A stretch of DNA of 24,736 nucleotides from positions 1 to 24,736 of IMG/VR virus record IMGVR_UViG_3300038675_000170; one strand, 5' to 3'. The stretch comes from a virus (Duplodnaviria > Caudoviricetes). The translations under genes were made by a program, and so were the position numbers. Below the pieces are notes generated by a model. The model was not told the origin of the DNA, did not search any database, and saw only the letters and a list, made by a program, of their open reading frames with translations. Numbering within the stretch: position 1 is the first letter of the stretch; the number at the start of each line of letters is the position of its first letter. This document shows positions 1-7,935 of the stretch, in pieces.

Positions 1-97
1 CTACGGCTTGTCCGTTTTCATTTATGGGTATATTTCCCGCATCTACCTTTTCGTGCTTATCTCCTTTTATGAAGTCCAAAATTCCTGCATAACTCAT
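1..97 (-). CDS. Hypothetical protein, 3' end cut by window edge (MSYAGILDFIKGDKHE...)
   Basis: ATG at 97 just after the stop of 102..446, purine-rich RBS upstream, frame open to the window edge; translated by eye. Confidence 0.55.
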   Translation of the reverse strand, partial: MSYAGILDFIKGDKHEKVDAGNIPINENGQAV

Positions 98-101
98 CCC
101 C

Positions 102-446
102 TCATACCTCCTTGAATAATTGTAAAATCGAGTCGGCTAACGCATACCAATAATCCTTGATGATGTCCCAATTCTTTTCTCTTATCTCCAAATCTTTCCA
201 ATGAACAAGTTTTTCTTTGAAGAACTTTTCCGCACAATCTCTCTGAGCTTTTGACATATACAAACATTCTGCTAATTTTTCCCTTATCTCAGGCACTTGA
301 GAGATGAGGTCGAAAAGAATTTTTGCTTTTTCAATAGGAATACCATATAATGATTGTTTGGATGCTCGTATCAAAACAATTCGTTCTTTATCAAACTTTC
401 CTTGTTCTTCTGTCGCTTTTTCATCAACTTCCACAAAGCGTTTCAT
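102..446 (-). CDS. Hypothetical phage protein, 114 aa
   Basis: AGGAGG RBS and ATGA overlap with the upstream gene. Confidence 0.8.
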   Translation of the reverse strand: MKRFVEVDEKATEEQGKFDKERIVLIRASKQSLYGIPIEKAKILFDLISQVPEIREKLAECLYMSKAQRDCAEKFFKEKLVHWKDLEIREKNWDIIKDYWYALADSILQLFKEV

Positions 447-464
447 TGCTTGTCCTCCTTTCCA
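442..464. repeat. 23-bp gene-junction direct repeat, copy 1 (minus strand TGGAAAGGAGGACAAGCAATGAA)
   Basis: Identical to 717-739; contains SD and ATGA stop/start overlap. Confidence 0.9.
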
Positions 465-721
465 TAGTTGTCGATAGCGGAGAGGATAGAGGAACGGCAG
501 TCATTAAAGCCTGTCAACTCATATCTATAACTTCTTTCGTATGCCTTATTATCTATCTTTTCTTCAGGCACCATCTTCCTCATCTCCTGCTTTACATACG
601 CCTGTATGTCGGCGGAAGTTCTTGCTATTGATTTGTTGTGGAACTCCACATACTCACTACCAAATTGAGTCGCTACTGAATTTACCAAACGCCTAAGAAT
701 ATCTTCTATCGTCAGCTTCAT
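443..721 (-). CDS. Hypothetical phage protein, 92 aa
   Basis: AGGAGG RBS, ATGA overlaps at both ends; ends GKEDKQ like its neighbour. Confidence 0.8.
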   Translation of the reverse strand: MKLTIEDILRRLVNSVATQFGSEYVEFHNKSIARTSADIQAYVKQEMRKMVPEEKIDNKAYERSYRYELTGFNDCRSSILSAIDNYGKEDKQ

Positions 722-739
722 TGCTTGTCCTCCTTTCCA
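717..739. repeat. 23-bp gene-junction direct repeat, copy 2
   Basis: ttcattgcttgtcctcctttcca, identical to 442-464. Confidence 0.9.
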
Positions 740-1005
740 ATCATTTCCAGTGGATACCAGATACCCTTTTTCATTGCCTCGTTCTTTAGCCTTATCCAGT
801 AGTTCTCGGCGTTCGCCCGGCTGCCTTTTCTTAACAGAACATACGCCTCGGAACGACCAGCCATTAGCCCGTCCTCAAGGCCCCGGCGGTATTCACTCTT
901 AGGCGCGTCAAGGCAGTGATCCATAGCGAATAAATATCCCAATATCAAAATCGCAAGAAGAATGACCCACAACATCAAGCGAGCAGGGGGCGTGTATATT
1001 TTCAT
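718..1005 (-). CDS. Small membrane-anchored hypothetical protein, 95 aa
   Basis: N-terminal hydrophobic helix LMLWVILLAILILGYLFAM; GGAGG RBS; ATGA overlap with sbcC. Confidence 0.8.
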   Translation of the reverse strand: MKIYTPPARLMLWVILLAILILGYLFAMDHCLDAPKSEYRRGLEDGLMAGRSEAYVLLRKGSRANAENYWIRLKNEAMKKGIWYPLEMIGKEDKQ

Positions 1006-3053
1006 AATGCAATCCTCCCCGGTAGTATTTCGAGCAGGTCGTCGTCATGGCTTATTAACAGTATTCTATCAAACTGGCCTTGGAGTGATTGCAGAAGCTT
1101 TAGTATCCGTTCGCTGTTTTCGGCGTCCAGGGAGTCGAACACCTCGTCGATGAATAGCGTTCTGAGCCGTGATCCCCCGCGCCTGGCCTGCCATACGGAC
1201 AGGGTCAGCCGGATGGCCGTGCGGATGAGCTTCTGCTCGCCTCCGCTGAATTCTCCTATCTCCTGTTCCTGCCCGTCCCGTGTGATTATTATGTCAAGGC
1301 TCTCCGCTGTTTCCCCGGACTTCAGTTCCTTGGTCGTCGCGAACCGTACCTGCATACGGCCTTCCGTTGCCTGGCCGAGCATTTCGTTGGCCACCTGTTC
1401 GAGTTCGGGCCGGGCTTGTTCGATGATAAGAGGCTGAATTCCCGACCTCCCAAACGCCCGTTCGATTTCCTTAAGGTCTGATATCTTTTGCCGTACTCCT
1501 GTTATGTGAGCCTCTATGCCGGTTGCTTTTTCTGCGTCCGTTTCTTTTTGTTTGATGATGGTCTTTGCGGATGATATCTCGCCAAGTAGGGACTCTATGG
1601 CTCGTTCTGTTGTCTTTTGTGCCTGCTCTGCCATGGCCATGTCGTTATCGAGATTTCCCGGCGAGCATTGATCCTTGGCGACTTTGACCTCCACCTCAAG
1701 CCTCTGGTACTCCGTGCGCTTCTTTTCGAGGTCGTCCTTTTGCGCCTTCCCCTGGGCCTCCAGCTCGCCCAACCTGCCCTTCAGCTCGCCAACAGCCCTA
1801 CTGCTATCTACGGAAGCCTTAAGCCCCGGCAGAGAGGCTATAACGGCGCTCAGCGTGCTTTTTGTCGTTGTAATCGGAACGTCCCCTATACTGTCAAGTT
1901 TTGCCTGGGCTTTATCCAGTCGTCCTTGGACCTCGGCCATGGCGTTTTTGGCCTCCCATGCGCTTGCTACCAAGGGACAGGTTTTGCATATTTCCTGTGC
2001 CGGTGTCTTTTCTATCAGCGCGGCCCGGCTTTCGAGCTGTTTGAGTTCTGCTTGTATTGCGCGGATCTCCGACTCAGCAAGCCGCTTCTCGGATGCCAGG
2101 CGGTCTTCTTCCTGCGCTTTCTTTTGCAGGGAGTCCTTTACTTCCAATGCCTCGTCATACGCTTGCTGTGCCTGTATAGGGTCCGGGGCGACGGATATCT
2201 GGTTCTTTAGGCTCGTCCACGCTTCCCGTCCGCTTTTCAGCGCTGCTTCCAATGCGCCGACTTCTTGAACAAGTGAAGCGAGCTGCTTGTCGAGGTTCAG
2301 CCACCGTTCCTTTGCTACGGCAAAGGCGTTGATCTTTTTCTCTACTTCCCTTACCCGTTCTTTTTGTATCTCAAGCTTCTGCTGGGCTTCTACAAGCTCG
2401 GCTTCCATTTCGTTCAGCGAGGTCTTCTGCTCGATCACCCCGGACGACCTTTCCTTAAGCACCGACAACGCCGCTTCTTGCGACTCTATCTCGGCGGTCA
2501 GCGACCGGGCTTTATTCTTTGCTGCGTCTGACAGGACGTCGTATTTTTCCAGTCCTATGAGCCGGCCCAGGACGGCCTTGCGCTCCGACGGCTTCGCGTC
2601 GCACAGGTCGCCCGTGTTCTTTTGGCTGCTGAACACGCTCGCCAGGAACGTGTCCTCATGACCTAAGAGGTTCCTTATGGCCTGCTCGAAGTCCGTGACC
2701 TTTGGCCCCGCCACAACATCAACAATCGATCCCATGCGGCTTAATGTCGCCTCGGACGACGTGGTCTTGCCGGATTGCTTAAGCTTCCTGACGGCTTGGT
2801 ATGCGGTCCCGTTCATTTCGAAGTCTACTCTTATCGATGCCTCGCCCTTCCACCCGTTCGTTATTCTGTCGTACAGCGATCCCGGTCGCGTCGGGAAGTC
2901 GCCGTATAAGCAAGCCGGAGCCGCCTCAAGCAGGAACGTCTTACCGGCTCCATTGCGGCCAGTTATAGCGCATACCGGGGGCTTGTCGTCGAGGAATATC
3001 TCGGTCGCCTTGTGGGGGCCAATGTTCTTTAGGACTATGCGGTTTATTTTCAT
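1002..3053 (-). CDS. sbcC: SbcC/Rad50-family SMC-like ATPase
   Basis: Walker A GRNGAGKT, long coiled coils with central CKTC zinc hook, signature FSGGE, Walker B LFIDE, D-loop SLD, H-loop ISH; coupled to the SbcD gene. Confidence 0.95.
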   Translation of the reverse strand: MKINRIVLKNIGPHKATEIFLDDKPPVCAITGRNGAGKTFLLEAAPACLYGDFPTRPGSLYDRITNGWKGEASIRVDFEMNGTAYQAVRKLKQSGKTTSSEATLSRMGSIVDVVAGPKVTDFEQAIRNLLGHEDTFLASVFSSQKNTGDLCDAKPSERKAVLGRLIGLEKYDVLSDAAKNKARSLTAEIESQEAALSVLKERSSGVIEQKTSLNEMEAELVEAQQKLEIQKERVREVEKKINAFAVAKERWLNLDKQLASLVQEVGALEAALKSGREAWTSLKNQISVAPDPIQAQQAYDEALEVKDSLQKKAQEEDRLASEKRLAESEIRAIQAELKQLESRAALIEKTPAQEICKTCPLVASAWEAKNAMAEVQGRLDKAQAKLDSIGDVPITTTKSTLSAVIASLPGLKASVDSSRAVGELKGRLGELEAQGKAQKDDLEKKRTEYQRLEVEVKVAKDQCSPGNLDNDMAMAEQAQKTTERAIESLLGEISSAKTIIKQKETDAEKATGIEAHITGVRQKISDLKEIERAFGRSGIQPLIIEQARPELEQVANEMLGQATEGRMQVRFATTKELKSGETAESLDIIITRDGQEQEIGEFSGGEQKLIRTAIRLTLSVWQARRGGSRLRTLFIDEVFDSLDAENSERILKLLQSLQGQFDRILLISHDDDLLEILPGRIAL

Positions 3054-4081
3054 TCTACCCCCTCCGATATTTCCCGTGCTTCTTTGACGATCCTTTCGAT
3101 ATCATCCGGTGTGTAATCTTTTTGCACAAGCCAGGCTCGCAACAAATCCTCGTCGCTGCGCCCTGCCTCTATCCCTTCTACCTCGCGGGTGATGATGTCC
3201 CGTTCGGGGACTATCTCAATGGTTGTGTTTGGGAGCGCCGCTATTTCGTCATAGTTTTCTGGTGGTTCTTTGAACCGGTATTTTATGTAATCCTCTGTGT
3301 GGAAGGGGTTAGGGACTGGAGCGTCGTCTATCGTGAAGTATTTCGGTGCGTCGATGTCTATAAACTCGTGCATTCTTTTTTCTGTATCCACGAGCATGAA
3401 CCCTTGAGGGTTTCCTTCGTCTCCGAAGCTGTCCTGCGATAATGCTCCGACATACCAAATCTTCTCGCCTATCTTTTGCCGTTTGTGAATGTGACCAAGT
3501 GCTATAAGGTCTGCGCCCGTCGCTTCTAAGTCTTCCGGTGCGACCTCGAACTCGCCTCCACCTTGCATGACCGTGCCGTTATTGAGAGTACACCCCTTGA
3601 CGGTTAGATGCCCGACTATGAGCTTGAATGCTGGGAACTTGTCATCTTTGGCGTAGCGCAAGAATACCTTCAGCTGCTCGTCGCGGTCTTGGTCTTCCAA
3701 CCATGGTATAAAATAGAGATTGACGTCGCCAACCGGGAAATGGTTTAACCCCTGAGCTACCTTGACCTTTGTGTTAGTGAACACCTCAATGGGGCTTTTC
3801 TGATCTCCGTTCGTTCCCTCATGTACCCCATTGCCTTTTATGGCTATGACCTCGATATCTCTGTCCGTCAGCGTTTTTAGTGGGGTCGTGAACGCTTCGA
3901 GAACTGTTCCTGTAGATGCGTACCTTGATCCTATGTTTCGAGTATCAAACGTATCTCCGGCAAGTATGAGCATATCAATTTCGAGATCTATCATTTTACG
4001 AACAGCTTGTTCCCATGCGAGGCGTTTGTCCTGGAGCTTCTTTCCGCGGAAGTGAGCGTCTGCAACAATAGCGATTTTCAT
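3050..4081 (-). CDS. sbcD: SbcD/Mre11-family metallophosphoesterase nuclease
   Basis: Motifs ADAH, AGD, GN(GV)HE, GH, LGHIH, YVGAL; directly upstream of SbcC. Confidence 0.93.
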   Translation of the reverse strand: MKIAIVADAHFRGKKLQDKRLAWEQAVRKMIDLEIDMLILAGDTFDTRNIGSRYASTGTVLEAFTTPLKTLTDRDIEVIAIKGNGVHEGTNGDQKSPIEVFTNTKVKVAQGLNHFPVGDVNLYFIPWLEDQDRDEQLKVFLRYAKDDKFPAFKLIVGHLTVKGCTLNNGTVMQGGGEFEVAPEDLEATGADLIALGHIHKRQKIGEKIWYVGALSQDSFGDEGNPQGFMLVDTEKRMHEFIDIDAPKYFTIDDAPVPNPFHTEDYIKYRFKEPPENYDEIAALPNTTIEIVPERDIITREVEGIEAGRSDEDLLRAWLVQKDYTPDDIERIVKEAREISEGVE

Positions 4082-4103
4082 TTATTACCCCCCTGCTCGT
4101 TTT

Positions 4104-4133
4104 ATTATACTACCTGTAGATTGGGATTGTCAA
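4104..4133 (-). promoter_or_regulatory. sigma70/sigmaA promoter for sbcD-sbcC
   Basis: TTGACA (4133-4128), 18-nt spacer, TATAAT (4109-4104), then GGGGGG RBS and ATG at 4081. Confidence 0.85.
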
Positions 4134-4496
4134 GCACATTTGGCCTGGCTTCAGTGGCATTTTGATGGGCTGCACCTGGCTCATTTCGTAGGCTCGCTCC
4201 AGGGCATTTAACCTCTCGGACATCTTTTTCATTCTCGACTTTAACTGACGAGTTGAGATGTCGAGTTCCTCCCGTGAGGTTATCTCAAAAAACCCCTTGT
4301 CGGGATGCGATCCGTACAGGCTCCCCATGCGGACGGCTTGCGCGTATATCCCGCGGGCTTTTACTTTCGACACGCCGAGGCTGCTTGCCAATTCATCGTT
4401 TGATACTGCATTTTCCATGCCTTTGTGTTGCGACATGAATACCCGGAGGTTTGCCAAGAGCCGCAGATCCTTTATCAGAAGATTATTGTTGTTCAT
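4110..4496 (-). CDS. Winged helix-turn-helix protein, 128 aa
   Basis: Pattern KGMENAVSNDELASSLGVSKVKARGIY...GSHPDKGFF, typical of a phage wHTH followed by a coiled coil; AGGAAG RBS. Confidence 0.7.
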   Translation of the reverse strand: MNNNNLLIKDLRLLANLRVFMSQHKGMENAVSNDELASSLGVSKVKARGIYAQAVRMGSLYGSHPDKGFFEITSREELDISTRQLKSRMKKMSERLNALERAYEMSQVQPIKMPLKPGQMCLTIPIYR

Positions 4497-4782
4497 CGAC
4501 TTCTTCCTTTCTTTGAATGAATTCTATCTTTTCCTTCCACAGCCTATCGAGAATTCTTTTGTCTGTTATGCCAGGACCTTTTGGCTTGTAAAATCCCCAA
4601 CAGTTCCGAACATAAACCCCGCCCTTTTTGTTCAGCCCTCTGGTGACGGTGTACTCCCCGGTTTTAAGCTTGACGTACAGGTATTCGATGTTTTCGTATC
4701 CCGTCCTTTGAATTACCTTGGCCACCGAGTAGTTCTCGGTGTCGCGCTGTTTGCTTTGTACCGGGGAGATTTCGGAGAACAT
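4483..4782 (-). CDS. Hypothetical phage protein, 99 aa
   Basis: AAGGA RBS; tiles between neighbours. Confidence 0.7.
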   Translation of the reverse strand: MFSEISPVQSKQRDTENYSVAKVIQRTGYENIEYLYVKLKTGEYTVTRGLNKKGGVYVRNCWGFYKPKGPGITDKRILDRLWKEKIEFIQRKEEVDEQQ

Positions 4783-4787
4783 GATCC

Positions 4788-5165
4788 TTAGAAGTTCCCT
4801 TCTTTTGAGAAGCTCCTAACCCTTGCCGAGCAAGCGAACCCTATTTTATCCAGCGCTTGCATTAGGTATTCTATCTGCCGGCGCGTGACCTCGTGCTGGG
4901 CGTTGACGTTGATCTCGCTTTCCTTCTCGGCTTGTGAAGCCGTCATGCCCTTTGATCCGTCTGGTCCGGGTTGCACCAGTTTCACGAACTCGCCCATTAT
5001 CTCGTCCCGGATGTCGGCGTACTCTCCGCTTAGCCTTGCGTAGTAGCAGGCCATATCCCCACCGAGCTTGCTTATCATGTCCGGGTTGCTGCTTGAAAGT
5101 ATCTCCTGCGTTTCCTTTCCCTCTACGATATCCCTGTAGCCTTGGTATTCCATTTTAGATAGCAT
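4788..5165 (-). CDS. Helical hypothetical protein, 125 aa (possible recombination accessory)
   Basis: Tiles the operon, amphipathic helical pattern; function suggested by neighbourhood only. Confidence 0.7.
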   Translation of the reverse strand: MLSKMEYQGYRDIVEGKETQEILSSSNPDMISKLGGDMACYYARLSGEYADIRDEIMGEFVKLVQPGPDGSKGMTASQAEKESEINVNAQHEVTRRQIEYLMQALDKIGFACSARVRSFSKEGNF

Positions 5166-5466
5166 TCTTTTTCCCTTTCTTTTGTTTTCTCCCCGGCTTC
5201 ACTTTGCTTTTGATCCCCCACCTTGAGTACCACCTGCCGAGGTTCTTTTCGTTCACCCTGAATAATCCGTCCTTTACTATTTTTAACCTCAGAAGCTTGG
5301 ATGCCTTATCCTGTGAGGTCAACAGCCGGACGATGCTGATGTTCATCTCGTCTGCGATCATTGCCCAGGACCAACACTTTGAAGCGCGGTCGTATAGGTA
5401 GTCCTCTAACTTCCACCCGCTGGAAGCTTCGAACAACAGGACGAGGTCGCTTTTGAACTCTTTCAT
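5155..5466 (-). CDS. Basic hypothetical protein, 103 aa (possible DNA binding)
   Basis: ATGA overlap with upstream gene; Lys-rich C-terminus; SWAMIADEM resembles an HTH helix. Confidence 0.7.
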   Translation of the reverse strand: MKEFKSDLVLLFEASSGWKLEDYLYDRASKCWSWAMIADEMNISIVRLLTSQDKASKLLRLKIVKDGLFRVNEKNLGRWYSRWGIKSKVKPGRKQKKGKKNAI

Positions 5467-6644
5467 TGTTTGCCTTTCGGGATCGCCCTGGTGAGGAAGT
5501 TCGCATAGTGGTCTATTTCGTCATCGGACAATCCGAGCAGCGAGTCCCGCTTGTAGAAGTTCTTGACGTAGCCCTCTATCTCGTCGCGGGTAAACGCCTG
5601 GGTCCCGAGTTCTACCACCTGGATTATCTTACCCAGATGATTTACGGCCTTGTTGAGCTCCTGCTCTGTCATGAACTTCGTCCCGGTCTTTTGAAACTGC
5701 TTCTGGATATATGCCGTCATCAGCGCCGGCGCGTACCCGAGTTGCTTCAATTGCGCCCCCAGGAGCTTTATGGCTTCGGGGCCTTTTAGCGTGGCCTTTA
5801 GTTCTTCTGGCTCTTTGTCCAGACTCTCGATAAACCCGTCCTCGTGGTCTTCCGGCTGTTCTTCTGCCTCCACGACCGCTTCGATGGGTTCTTCCACGAA
5901 GTGGTCCTCGTGGGTTTCGTCCGGGGCCGGCAGTAGCGCTTTTGGCGACTCGGTTGCTATCGCCTTTGTGGAGTTCTCGCGCATGGCGTTTTGCAGGGTC
6001 CCCTCGATAGACAAGCTTATCACGTAGACCGTCTTTGCGCGGCCTTCGGCCTTGACCGTTCTTGGGCTGAGGATCAGCCGTAGCGGTACGCCCGATATCC
6101 GTTTATATATCGTCTGGACAAGCTTCAGCCCGGCGTTGACGTTTATGATCGAGTGAAACGAGCTTGTGTCGAGTTGCCACACGCCGAGTCCGGGGACCTT
6201 GGGGAGCAGGAACTGAAGCGAAGCCATCGGGCGGCATTTGCGGTTGATCTTTTTGCCGTCTTTTATGAAGTCCTTTTGATGAGGACACCCTTCGCATTTT
6301 ACCTGCTTTTCCCCGGTCTTTTTGCCGTCCTTGTCGAGAACTATCTCGGTAGCGTCCACCCCGTCGCCCTTGCATATCAGCGTGCTAAACGAATACCTTT
6401 TCATGAACTGCGGGAATATTTGGTCCGGATCGTCTATCGGAAAAATGATGTCCAGCGCTTTTGGCTTCTCGCCGTACGCCCGGCGCACTTCTTCCATTAT
6501 CGCTTCGTCGTTGGGATCAACCACGAAGTAGTCTGTCTTTTCAGGATACTCAGCCCCGGACTTTTCGGACTTCTTTTTTATACCAAGCCGGATTTTACCC
6601 ATTCTGGGAAGCCTGGCGATCTCTGATATTCCTTTAATCGGCAT
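5463..6644 (-). CDS. phiC31 Gp3-like (recombination directionality factor-like) replication/recombination protein
   Basis: N-terminus MPIKGI..RLPRMGKIRLG..YP...DYF, CKGDG, C/C/C cluster, LQFLLP..G.GVWQLDTSSFHSI as remembered for the Gp3-like family; acidic linker and helical C-terminus. Confidence 0.75.
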   Translation of the reverse strand: MPIKGISEIARLPRMGKIRLGIKKKSEKSGAEYPEKTDYFVVDPNDEAIMEEVRRAYGEKPKALDIIFPIDDPDQIFPQFMKRYSFSTLICKGDGVDATEIVLDKDGKKTGEKQVKCEGCPHQKDFIKDGKKINRKCRPMASLQFLLPKVPGLGVWQLDTSSFHSIINVNAGLKLVQTIYKRISGVPLRLILSPRTVKAEGRAKTVYVISLSIEGTLQNAMRENSTKAIATESPKALLPAPDETHEDHFVEEPIEAVVEAEEQPEDHEDGFIESLDKEPEELKATLKGPEAIKLLGAQLKQLGYAPALMTAYIQKQFQKTGTKFMTEQELNKAVNHLGKIIQVVELGTQAFTRDEIEGYVKNFYKRDSLLGLSDDEIDHYANFLTRAIPKGKQ

Positions 6645-6649
6645 ATGAA

Positions 6650-6820
6650 TTATCCCCCTATCTCTTTTATTTCGAACTCGTACTCTCGCTCGCCGTCCAG
6701 TGCTCTTTCAAGCTCGGACGCATCAATGGCCACGTCCTCTTTTTCCCGTTGGAGAATGCGGTCATGTACCAAGTCTACGATCTCCGACCCCTTCATCACC
6801 ACCTTTACTGTTCTTTTCAT
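6650..6820 (-). CDS. Hypothetical protein, 56 aa (MKRTVKVVMKGSEIV...)
   Basis: Start moved from 6862 to ATG 6820: GGAG RBS and ATGA overlap with the upstream small ORF. Confidence 0.7.
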   Translation of the reverse strand: MKRTVKVVMKGSEIVDLVHDRILQREKEDVAIDASELERALDGEREYEFEIKEIGG

Positions 6821-6984
6821 ATTACTCGCTCCAGTCTTGCGGGACGTGCGCGCATAAGACAAAATGACAATTTCAGCGAGTCCTGCGTGTCATCGGCTTT
6901 TGGGGATTGGTATTCTACCTTCATGCCTTTTGCTAACGGCCTTGAGAGGACTTCCTTCGCCCTCTCGTACTCCTTTAGTATCAT
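6817..6984 (-). CDS. Hypothetical protein, 55 aa (MILKEYERAKEVLSRPLAKG...), absent from ORF track
   Basis: GGAGG RBS, ATGA overlaps at both ends; fills the gap exactly. Confidence 0.7.
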   Translation of the reverse strand: MILKEYERAKEVLSRPLAKGMKVEYQSPKADDTQDSLKLSFCLMRARPARLERVI

Positions 6985-7169
6985 GAGGTTAAATCCTCCA
7001 CTTTCTTTAAGGCTTCTTCACGGTCTCTGGCTTCGAACGGACCCACAACCTCTTCGCAAAAAGGGCTTTCTTCGGCCTCCGATATATCTAATGCGTCAAA
7101 GTACCTTTTTGCCTGGTATGTTCCACTTGTGTGCTTATATCCCCACCAAAGGTTCCCTTTATCCCTCAC
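6981..7169 (-). CDS. Hypothetical protein, about 62 aa (GTG start; ...WWGYKHTSGTYQAKRYF...)
   Basis: GGGGTGA RBS before GTG 7169; the ORF-track start at 7235 lacks an RBS. Confidence 0.7.
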   Translation of the reverse strand: MRDKGNLWWGYKHTSGTYQAKRYFDALDISEAEESPFCEEVVGPFEARDREEALKKVEDLTS

Positions 7170-7255
7170 TTCATCACCCCGGCCTTTCTCATTTCCCTGA
7201 CGAAATAATGATCCTCTTCGGCAAGTCCGATCCATATGAGTAGTTGCTTAAGCAT
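7166..7255 (-). CDS. Possible 29-aa peptide (MLKQLLIWIGLAEEDHYFVREMRKAGVMK)
   Basis: Overlaps the upstream stop and has a GTGA overlap with the downstream start; weak RBS. Confidence 0.45.
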   Translation of the reverse strand: MLKQLLIWIGLAEEDHYFVREMRKAGVMK

Positions 7256-7538
7256 CGGCTTCCGCGAGCTTTAGCGCGCCTCTTAGCACAAATGCGGACA
7301 TCGACAGCCCTGCTTGTTTTGCGGCTTCTTTGATGCGTATCTTTTGCGATGCTGTGTCTGCAAATATGACTATCTGCCTGGAAGCGCGGGTTTCTTCTAT
7401 CGCTGAGTCCTGCGGGGTTTCGACCACTACCGTCTTTATGGGATTCGATCCTTTTAGCATTTCATTCCTTATCCCGGCCTTTATCCTTTCTCTTTCCCAT
7501 CTTTCCATTCCCCTTTCTTTTATTTGGATCTTGAGCAT
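7248..7538 (-). CDS. Protein with C-terminal ribbon-helix-helix DNA-binding domain
   Basis: RQIVIFADTASQKIRIKEAAKQAGLSMSAFVLRGAL fits the beta-helix-G-helix RHH pattern; TAATG coupling to ssb. Confidence 0.75.
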   Translation of the reverse strand: MLKIQIKERGMERWERERIKAGIRNEMLKGSNPIKTVVVETPQDSAIEETRASRQIVIFADTASQKIRIKEAAKQAGLSMSAFVLRGALKLAEADA

Positions 7539-7882
7539 TAAGCTTCGGCCTCGGATTTGACGGTCGATTTGTAAAACTTCGTATCTAACATCAACATATT
7601 GTCTACGGATATATAGGCCGCCATTTTGTCCTTTCCCTTGCTTTTATAGGTCTTGGGCTGCATTTTGCCTTCTATGGCTACCAGACTCCCTTTTTTGAGG
7701 TATTCTGCAACGATTGTTGCAAGGCCCCGACGTGCGACACAAACAAAAGTTTGCGGGTCGGAGGATTTTGCCGCATTCACCTCAACAACAAACCTCGCCA
7801 CCGGCACTTCTTCCTTGGTGTATCGAAGTTCTGGGTCTTTCGTTAGCCTTCCTGTTGCTATGATCCTGTTTAATCCCGGCAT
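7538..7882 (-). CDS. ssb: Single-stranded DNA-binding protein (OB fold only)
   Basis: LNRIIATGRLTKDPELRYT, AEYLKKGSLVAIEGKMQ motifs. Confidence 0.95.
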   Translation of the reverse strand: MPGLNRIIATGRLTKDPELRYTKEEVPVARFVVEVNAAKSSDPQTFVCVARRGLATIVAEYLKKGSLVAIEGKMQPKTYKSKGKDKMAAYISVDNMLMLDTKFYKSTVKSEAEA

Positions 7883-7906
7883 CTTTTCTCACCCCCTTCG
7901 AGCAGT

Positions 7907-7935
7907 ATCATATACTACCCGTAGGCAAAAGTCAA
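7907..7935 (-). promoter_or_regulatory. sigma70/sigmaA promoter for the ssb operon
   Basis: TTGACT (7935-7930), 17 nt, TATGAT (7912-7907), then AGGGGGTG RBS. Confidence 0.8.
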
